NCBI RefSeq assembly: GCF_001194135.2 | Contig: NC_068981.1 | Location: 126,103,569-126,147,282, forward strand | DNA: 43,714 nucleotides | Direction: 5' to 3' | Source of the DNA: Octopus bimaculoides | Lineage: Eukaryota | In this document: in pieces, positions 35,513 to 43,714 of the stretch | Layout of the letters: each line of letters begins with the position of its first letter | Numbering within the stretch: position 1 is the stretch's first letter | Notes under the pieces: generated by a model | What the model saw: the letters and a program-made list of their open reading frames with translations, nothing else | The model's database searches: none | What the model was told of the DNA's origin: nothing | Translations under genes and position numbers: made by a program

Positions 35513-35720
35513 TCATCATCGTTTAATATCCTTTTTCCATGCTGGCATGAGCTGAACAGTTTGACAGGAGTAGGTAAGTCAGAAAATTGTGCCAAGCTCA
35601 ACTGTCCTGTCAGCTTTGGCTTGGTCTTTACCCTACATACCCTTCCTAATGTCAACCACTTTACAGTGTGTACTGGGTGCTTTAATGAAGCAGGTTTAGA
35701 GATGCACCAGGACTTACCCA
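35513..35720 (-). mobile_element. Family A copy (old), tail-to-tail with the previous one
   Basis: tcatcatcgtttaatatcctttttccatgctggcatg...cccttcctaatgtcaaccac. Confidence 0.7.
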
Positions 35721-35754
35721 CAGGGAACAGTGGGTAGACGTATATATGTATACT

Positions 35755-36070
35755 TGACTGGCACTCCGTCAGTTATGGTGTTGAGTGTTCCAGTTGACCC
35801 AATCAACAAAACAGCCTGATCATGAAATTAATATGCAAGTGGATGAGCACTCCACAGAACATGAATACCTTCGACATAGTTCTCAGGGAGTATCAGTATG
35901 ACACAGAAAGTGATATGGCAAATGCTTTGAACTACAGGCACAACTCATTTTTATCAATGTGAAGTAAAGTATCTTGCTCAAGGACACAACACACCATCGG
36001 GAGTTGAACTCACAACCTTACAATCTTGGGCAGAATAATCTCGCCCTAACTACTAAGCCATGCACCTTCA
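35755..36070 (-). mobile_element. tRNA-derived SINE (family D)
   Basis: Reverse complement gtgaaggtgcatggcttagtagttaggg...gtgagttcaactccc...gtgtccttgagcaagatacttta. Confidence 0.7.
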
Positions 36071-36119
36071 CACACTCACTCACACACATACACACACACA
36101 CACACACACATCACAAGCA

Positions 36120-36960
36120 TCACCATTATCATTAAACGTCCACTGTCCATGCTGGCATGGGTTAGATAGTTTTACAGAAAACTGGTAAGCTGCAGAGCTG
36201 CATCAGGTTCCAGTCTGATTTGGCATGGTTTTCTACAGCTGGATGCCCTTCCTAACACCAACCACTCCAAGAGTGTAGTAGGTGCTTTTTACATGCCACC
36301 AGTATGAGTGTGAGTTATGAAACACCAGCATTGGCCACAACTGCGATATGACTTGGCTTAACAAGTCTTGTCAAGCATGATATATTGCCAAAAATCTTGG
36401 TCACTTGTCACTGCCTCCATGAGGCCTAAAGTTCAAAGGGTGTCTTTTTTGCATGCCATTGGCACTGGCATCAGCCACAACTGCGATTTCACTTGGTTTG
36501 AGATAGGTATTCTCAAGCATAGCAAATTGCCCAGTGTTTGAAGGGTGTTTTTTACATGTCAACACACAAACACACACACTCATATATATCATTGTTATCA
36601 TCATTTAACATCCGTCTCCCATGCTGGCATGAGTTGGATGATTTAAGAGGGGCTGGTAATCCTAAGGACTGTGCCTAGCTTTACTGTCTCCTTTGGCATA
36701 GTTTTTACAGCTGGATGCCCTTCCTAATGCCAGACATTAATGGACTTGGTGCATTTTATATAGCACCAGCAACAATGATATTATGTGGCACCAGCACAGG
36801 TACTTTATACGTGATACCAACACAGATGCTTTTTACATGGAACTGGCATGGCTGCAACACAAGCATGGATGCATTTTACATAGCACTTACAGGGGTCCTT
36901 TTTACATGACACCAACATGAATATTTTTTGCATGGCAATAAATGTGAGCTTTTTACATGA
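36120..36960 (-). mobile_element. Two consecutive degenerate family A copies (about 36120-36560 and 36595-36960)
   Basis: Each has a catcatt(t)aac tail end, ccatgctggcatg and ctacagctggatgcccttcctaa. Confidence 0.75.
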
Positions 36961-37249
36961 CAGCTACACCTGTGGAAATTTAATTCCTTTTTTACTTTAA
37001 AAATATTTTCTATGCCATATATTATACTATATTACAATCATTTTAACATCAACTTTTCCATGCTTGCATGGGTTGAGCAGTGTATATTGTGGAAGTTGAT
37101 GTGTGGCCAGTTGCCCTTCTTGTTGCCATCCCTCATCTGTTTCCAAGCAAGGTAATAATAACAAACGTGTTTGCAGAATATTGGAAATGAATGGCACTGC
37201 TTATTTGCTACTATCAAAGACAAACACACACACACACACACAAGTATGC

Positions 37250-38230
37250 CTTAACTCTTCGAAACACTTAGTTTTAGAATGGTGGCAGCTGATGAAGGAA
37301 ATGTTCTCTATGTGGCCTGTGTGTTTTCTGTGCTCTGCTTATGTTCTGTTTCTCATTTTGTCCACATTTTTTTGTGATGTCCTGTACCCAGATATGCATC
37401 TATATATACATGTAGATGGACTGGTGCACGATCCTGCTGAAAGATGTAGCCAGCCTTCATCATAGTCTTTCTCACTTTGGGTAGGACTTTTGTGGCCAAG
37501 TAACTGGCTGTGGTGAGCCTGTGACCGGCCATGAACCACACTGGCAGCATCTTCTCGCCATTCGAAGCCACAACATTGAGCATCATCATGGCGGCCAGGT
37601 GTTTGGTTATGGACATTTAGCAGATCTTGGAGACATCTTGGCTGAAGATGGCCATATGGTCATTCTGCTTGTTGATAACCGGATTGACCATGAAGGGCAC
37701 TTCATCAGAAGAAAATGAAAATTTTCCATGACACTTCAAGTCGTTGAGAAGATGACAATAGTATTCTCAACATTGTTCTCACATATGGTCGGTGAGTAGA
37801 GGCCTTTCCATGCAGCTCAATCTCTTGCTGCTCTCTGGGATGTTGTTCTTCACAAGTGCAATCATTCTGAGCTTCGGCTCACTTTTGAAGACTTTTCTTA
37901 CAGCCAAATGGTCAACAACTTGAGGACTGCTTGATCGAAGTCAATCTTTGAAGTCTTTCTCATTCTCAAGCCTCTCCGCGACTCTGTGGACAGTCATCTG
38001 GCTGACATTGAACTGCTTGGTAATGCTGGACTTGTTGTGGCCTGCAGGAGAGCAAAGATCTTGATTCTTTTTGCTTCCATCTCAATACACCTGCACCTAA
38101 TGGAAAAAATGTTTTAATGACATGCTGGAAAAGTAGAACTTTAAGTATGTTTGATGGCACTTTTTCTATCACACACATTGAAAACTGAGTGTAACAGGAC
38201 TTTTGCAAAAGCCAGTTCATGCCATTTGTA
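37250..38230 (-). pseudogene. Decayed Tc1/mariner-superfamily transposase (maT-like subgroup is tentative)
   Basis: MEAKRIKIFALL...NVSQMTVHRV (start 38080), LNDLK...SSDE...NKQND, KHLAAMMMLNVVASNGEKM, YIFQQDRAPVH. Confidence 0.8.
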
Positions 38231-38440
38231 TATCCTTCTGTTGTTGCTAGAAACTATAACTTAAGGGTGGTGAATTGGTAGAACAGTTAAAATGTTGGAT
38301 AAAATGCCACATACCATTTCTTCTGGCTCTTTATGTTCTAAGTTCAAACCTTGCTTGATTCAACTTTGAAGTTCATTCCTCTGAGGTTAATAAAATAAAG
38401 TACCAATCAACTGAAGTCAATTAAATTTACTTATTTCCTC

Positions 38441-38473
38441 CCCCTCCTCCTCCTCCTCCTCCTCCTCCTCCTC
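38441..38473. repeat. (CCT)n microsatellite
   Basis: Directly visible. Confidence 0.9.
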
Positions 38474-38955
38474 AATTTCTGGGTTTATGTTTATGTTAGA
38501 AACAATTATTATTATTAGTGTTAAGGTGGAGAACTAGCAATATTGTTGACATGCTGGGCATAATGCTTAGTGGTATTTTGTCTGCCGCTGTTCTGAGTTT
38601 AAATTGTGCCGAGGTCAACTTTGCCTTTCATCTTTTCAGGTTCAATAAATTAAGTACCAGTGAAACACTGAGGTCGATGTAATCAACTAGTCCCCTCCTG
38701 CAAAATTTCAGGCTTTAGGCCTATAGTGGAAAGGATTATTATTATCATTATTATGATTATTGAGGCAGTGAGCTGACAAAATTGTTAGCATGCTGGACAA
38801 AATTGTTAGCAGCATTTTGTCTGTCTTTATGTTCTGAGTTCAAATTCCACCAAGGTCAACTTTGCTTTACATCCTGTCGGGTTCAATAAAGTAAGGACCA
38901 GCTGAACCCCCCAAATTACAGGCCCTGTGCCTATAGTAGAAAGGATAATTATTAT

Positions 38956-38986
38956 AATAATAATGATAATAATAATAATAATAATA

Positions 38987-39019
<33 letters not shown>
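38956..39019. repeat. (TAA)n(TTA)n spacerless palindrome
   Basis: Centre at 38987|38988; 32-bp arms with one mismatch. Confidence 0.9.
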
Positions 39020-39279
39020 TCTGCTACTACACTGGGCAAAAATGCTTTGTGACATTTCTTCCACCTGTGCATTCTGAATTCACATGTCACCAAGGTCAAC
39101 TTTGCCTTCCATCCTTTTGGGTTGAGGGAATAAGTATCATTTGAACAGTGAGGTTGATGTAATCATCTTACCACCTTCTCCTTGTTGGCCTTCTGCCTAA
39201 ATTTGAAACTGTTATTTCTGTTATTAATAGTACTCTGCACTCAAGAAGACCCATCTGCCACAGCAGAATTGTGCTGGTG

Positions 39280-39465
39280 TCATATAAAAAGCTCACAGTG
39301 TGGTCTGTGGAATGGTTGGCATTAGGAAAGGCATTCAGCCATAGAAACCATACCAAAACAAACAATGGAGCCTGCTGATATCCCTGGCCATACCAGCTAT
39401 GGTGTAACCATCCAACCGATGCCAGCAAGGAAAACAGACATTAAATGATGATGAAGATGATGATT
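39280..39465 (+). mobile_element. Family A copy (old)
   Basis: tggttggcattaggaaaggcattcagccatagaaacc; (GAT)n tail. Confidence 0.75.
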
Positions 39466-39990
39466 TCTAGTTTTTATTATTATGTGACTGGATCATGTCT
39501 TGTTATTTGTTGCTTAGAATCTGTGGTCCACTACTGAACTCTTACTGTATTCAGTGAAAGGGGGTGATTACTCAAATATGGCTCTTAACGCTCTGAGTAG
39601 ATGACTCTATCTACTCACATGTACTATCTGTCTGCAAAAAGAAAAACTTCAGTAATTGCAGCACCCTTCTTCTACTTTCTACCTCTTTCTTCGACTAACT
39701 AACCACACAATGTAATAGCAATACATTTCTCTTGCCTCTCAGCACTAACACTCGTCTCACTGTCTTCTTTGTCTGTATGTCTGTCTGTCTGTCTGTCTGT
39801 CTCTCGTTCTTTCTCTTTTTGCCTCCTCCTTGAAGTAACCATATCACAGCATCACACATTTGATCTTAGTGTAATAACTATTACTATTCTCCTAATTCAA
39901 GTCATTAGCACTTCTCTCTCTTTTTTTTTCTCTCGCTTTTTGTCTCTTCCTTCTACAAACCACATGATAGTGTAATGCATTCAGCCTTAG

Positions 39991-40134
39991 CATATTCTTT
40001 TCTACTCTAGACATAAGGCCTGAAATTTTTGGGGAGGGACCCAGTCGATTAGATCGATTCCAGTACGCAATTGGTACTTAATTTGTCGACCCCGAAAGGA
40101 TGAAAGTCAAAGTCGACCTCGGTGGAATTTGAAT
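39991..40134 (-). mobile_element. SINE family C, 3' half
   Basis: gaccccgaaaggatgaaagtcaaagtcgacctcgg. Confidence 0.85.
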
Positions 40135-40180
40135 CAGCCTTAATATATTAATCAATAGATTTTTTAGAATTATGTGCCTC

Positions 40181-40588
40181 AGGAGTGGCTGTGTGGTAAG
40201 TAGCTTGCTTACCAACCACATGGTTCCAGGTTCAGTCCCACTGCGTGGCACCTTGGGCAAGTGTCTTCTACTATAGCCTTGGGCTGACCAACATCTTTTG
40301 AGTGGATTTGGTAGACGGAAACTGGAAGAAGCCCGTCGCATATATGTATATATATGTATGTGTATGTGTGTGTATATGTTTATATCTGTATTTGTCCCCC
40401 CCCCCCAACATCGCTTGACAACCGATGGTGGTGTGTTTACGTCCCCGTAACTTAGCGGTTCGGCAAAAAGAGACCGATAGAATAAGTACTAGGCTTACAA
40501 AGAGTAAGTCCTGGGGTCGATTTTCTCGACTAAAGGCGGTGCTCCAGCATGGCCGCAGTCAAATGACTGAAACAAGTAAAAGAGTAAA
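40181..40588 (+). mobile_element. SINE family B, full-length young copy
   Basis: aggagtggctgtgtggtaag (A box), ggttcagtccc (B box), ttgggcaagtgtctt block, acaagtaaaagagtaaaa tail. Confidence 0.9.
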
Positions 40589-40897
40589 AAAAGTTTCAAT
40601 TTGAAAGAACAAAAACAACCGTGCATGCCGCACAAAGAAAAGAGTTATCTCCCTTACATTGATATTTGTTAATGCATTACCAGAAAGGCAGTTTTATATT
40701 TGCATATCTTTCTTTTACAAAAAAAAAGCATCGATGTGGTCGAACTATTTTTAACACACATAAATTGTTTCCAGGATGAAGAAGTATTAAAACATTAGTG
40801 ACTATGAAAATCACGAATAATTCGTAGCTCTACAGCAGACCCAACATACCTCTACTATCATGAAAAAAGGGACATTAGAACATTGATAATGATGATA

Positions 40898-41045
40898 GCT
40901 GTAGTGTCACTGTGTGGTAAGAAGCATGCTTCCCAACTACATGGCTCTGGGTTCCGTTCCACTGTGCTTCAACTTAGACAAGTGTCTTCTTCTAAAGCCT
41001 TGTGAGTGGATTTGGTAGACAGAAACTGAAAAAAGCCTGTCATAT
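40898..41045 (+). mobile_element. SINE family B, 5' half
   Basis: Its 3' half appears to resume at about 41795-42012, after a family A insertion and a microsatellite. Confidence 0.75.
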
Positions 41046-41072
41046 ATACACAAGTATATATATATATATATA

Positions 41073-41358
41073 TCATCATCATCATCGTCGTCGTCGTCAT
41101 TTAATGCCCACTTTCCATGCTGGCATGGGTTGGATGGTTTGACTGAGGGCTTGCGAGCCAGAAGGCTGCAACAGGTTCCAATCTGATCTGGCAAAGTTTC
41201 TACAGCTGGATGCCCTTCCTAACGCCAACAACTTTGAAAGTGTAGTGGGTGCTTTTTACATTCCACTGGCACGAGGGCCAGTCAGGCAGTACTGGCATCG
41301 ACCACACTCAAATGGTGCTTTTTACGTGCCACCAGTACAGGAGTCAGTCAGGCAGCAC
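41073..41358 (-). mobile_element. Family A copy inserted in the central (TA)n of a family B SINE
   Basis: (CAT)n/(CGT)n tail; same subfamily block as 5285-5526. Confidence 0.8.
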
Positions 41359-41549
41359 TATACATATATATACATATACATACATATACATATATATACA
41401 TATATATACATATACATACATATACATATTCAAACACATATATATATATACATACATACATATACATATATATATACATATACATATATATGCATATATA
41501 TATATATATATACACATATACATATATATGCATATATATATATAAATAC

Positions 41550-41613
<64 letters not shown>

Positions 41614-41795
41614 ATATAAATACATTTACATATGTATATATATACATACATATATATATATATATATATACATATACATAGATATGTATATACATATACA
41701 TACATACATATGCATATATATATACATATACATATAGATATATGTACGTACATATGCATACATATATATACACATGTGTGTGTGTGTGTGTGTGA
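41359..41795. repeat. Long compound (TA)n/(CATATA)n/(TG)n microsatellite
   Basis: Directly visible; source of the YIYI/HIHI ORFs. Confidence 0.95.
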
Positions 41796-42012
41796 TTGTA
41801 TTTGCCCCACCACCACCACCACCACCAGTTACAAATGGTATTGGTGTGTTTATGTCTGTAACTTGGAGGTTTGGCAAAAGTGACTGTTAGAATAAGTAGC
41901 AGGCTTAAAGAAACAAAATAAGTCCTGGGATCAATTTGTTCAACTAAATCCCTTCAAGGTGGTGCCCCAGCATGGGCACAGTTCAGTGACTGAAATAGGT
42001 AAAATATAAAAG
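41795..42012 (+). mobile_element. SINE family B, 3' half
   Basis: gtttggcaaaagtgactgttagaataagtagcaggctt...gtgccccagcatgggcacagt. Confidence 0.75.
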
Positions 42013-42334
42013 ATGAAGATCATATAAAATTTGTCAAAATAAAACTGTGTGCACTTATCAATAAAATATGTTATTTTCTATTTTCCTATAATGTAAAGTC
42101 GTCCAACATTAAAAAAAAATTCTCTGAAGGAAAACAAAATATCAATCATTTAGTATAGGAAGGCAGTAGAAGCTTGCTAACAATGTAGAACTGGAAGAAA
42201 AATAAATTTATCTAATATTTTAGCTTTAATAAGTTCTAATCTTAAACTGAAATTTTTTTAATGAAAATTAAATTGTAAGCAAGACCAGAACTATTAAAAA
42301 CATATGCTGAGGTAAATGATAGATGAATGATATT

Positions 42335-42780
42335 GTTTCTAATATTGGTACAAGGTCAGCAATTTCAGGGGGTGTGGCTTGTTGATTGCATAAACATCAG
42401 TGCACAGCTGGCTCTTATTTCATTGACTGCGAAAGGATGAAAAGCAAAGTCAACCTTGGCGGAATTTGAACTCAGAATTTAAAAATGGACGAAATGCCAC
42501 TAGGCATTTTACTTGGCATGCTAATGATTCTGCCAGCTGACCACGTTCGATGAACTGCAATATTGGTTTCAAATTTTGGCACAAGGCTAGCAATTTTGGG
42601 GTAGAGGGATTAGTCAATTCCATCAACCCCAGTACTCAACTGATACTTATTTAACTGACCCCAAAAGGATAAAAGGCAAAGTCCATCTCAGTAGAATTTG
42701 AACTTAGAATGTAAAGATGGACAAAATACCACCAAGCGTTTTGCCCAGTGTGTTAATGATTCTGTCTAGTTTGCCACCCT
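42335..42780 (-). mobile_element. Two tandem SINE family C copies (about 42335-42545 and 42563-42780)
   Basis: Each runs from acaagg...aattt to ggaatttgaact(c/t)agaat...gccag. Confidence 0.8.
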
Positions 42781-43044
42781 GGATGAACTAGTATTAAAAA
42801 CCCTTGCTATAACCTGCTGACAGCTGAAAAGCTAATGGCACTCAGTTAATCCATAATGCACCTATGAAATATTATTTCTGTTATAGATAAGTTACCAATG
42901 TTTCCATCAATAATTACAAGATATTATATTTGTAACACGAGAGAAATTTTTATATTCAAGAATATTCATAAATTGAGTGTGAGTGGATGAGTGAGTTGAT
43001 AACCAACTGAGAGTTAGATCCTGGCATTGACATTGCATAAAGTC

Positions 43045-43145
43045 TGTTACAACACTTTGTTATGTCTGTTTATATGACACTGTAATGTCTGTTTTTATGA
43101 CACTTTGTTGTGTCTATTCCCATGACACTTTGTTATGTCTGTGGA
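43045..43145. repeat. ~22-25-bp minisatellite, 4 copies
   Basis: (atg)acactttgttatgtctgttt repeated with variants. Confidence 0.8.
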
Positions 43146-43452
43146 TGTTTTAGCTCAGGGTGATTTATGATTGGCTTTCAATCAGAGAATTTATTTATAA
43201 TAAACTGTCACCTATTTTCAATAGTAGAATGGGTAAAGTGCTTGCAGTATTTACCTACATTTTGCTATGTTCTGTATTTGAATTCACCATACTTAACTTT
43301 ATTTTTCACCTCTTTACTTTTCACCACAACAATGTATGTAGGGACAACACTGAATTTTCTAGAATTTTTGGTCCAAAAGTATTTCTGGGTCACTGATTTT
43401 TCTGAACCAGCAGTTGTCACTTTTGTCAACACATTTTTAATTAAACAAATTC

Positions 43453-43683
43453 TTTTATTCTTTTACTTGTTTCAGTCAATTGATTGCAACCAGGCTGGAG
43501 CACCACCTTAAAGGGTGTTTTTTTAGTCAAAGAAATTGACTCCAGGACTTATTTTTTGTAAGCCTAGTACTTATTCTATTGGTCTTTTTTGCAGAACCGC
43601 TAGGTTATGGGGATGTAAACATACCAACATACAAAGCGATGGTAGTGGTGGGTGGGTGGACAAATATAGACACACACACACAC

Positions 43684-43714
<31 letters not shown>
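43453..43714 (-). mobile_element. SINE family B, 3' part (runs off the window)
   Basis: ttttacttgtttcagtc...gctggagcaccacc...ggacttattttttgtaagcctagtacttattctat. Confidence 0.85.

Larger units (their letters stand above)
38248..39215 (+). mobile_element. Cluster of four head-to-tail SINE family C copies
   Basis: Core ggtcaactttgcct(t/c)tcatc recurs at about 38350, 38612, 38853 and 39094; (ATT)n tails between copies. Confidence 0.8.

Noticed and set aside
40181-40260. tRNA-like A and B boxes
   Set aside because: These are SINE heads; there is no complete cloverleaf or acceptor stem, so no tRNA gene is called.
41245-41883. YIYI/HTHT/CVCV ORFs (also 17927-18384)
   Set aside because: Translations of dinucleotide microsatellites.
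42887-43232. Two possible plus-strand exons (42887-42978, 43154-43232) whose phases could chain with the 33558-33624 ORF
   Set aside because: The joined peptide resembles nothing I recognise, and such short AG/GT-bounded frames arise by chance in AT-rich DNA; transcript evidence is needed.

Overview
AT-rich, intron-rich animal genomic DNA with four assembly gaps. The repeat families (RTE LINE 3' ends with (ATG)n tails, three tRNA-derived SINE families, mariner/Tigger relics, abundant (TA)n/(CA)n) suggest a cephalopod, probably Octopus; this is my inference, not a database result. The window holds one complete gene, folylpolyglutamate synthase (FPGS), on the minus strand (2134-32865). I traced 12 common coding exons by hand; all have GT-AG boundaries and matching phases, totalling 1581 nt (526 aa plus stop). 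Two different upstream exons can each splice in frame to the first common exon: a 264-nt exon encoding an 88-aa leader resembling a mitochondrial presequence (614-aa product) and a 15-nt MLNYQ exon (531-aa product). This apparent compartment switch, and the region between the two exons (two fold-back elements, a GC/CCAAT box, a possible stop-then-start microexon), is the most interesting part. The rest is transposon relics, several nested. Most ORFs in the supplied track are spurious (N runs, microsatellites, TE fragments). No rRNA, tRNA gene, CRISPR or prokaryote-type system is supported. Repeat boundaries are approximate; comparisons with human and yeast FPGS are from memory and need checking.
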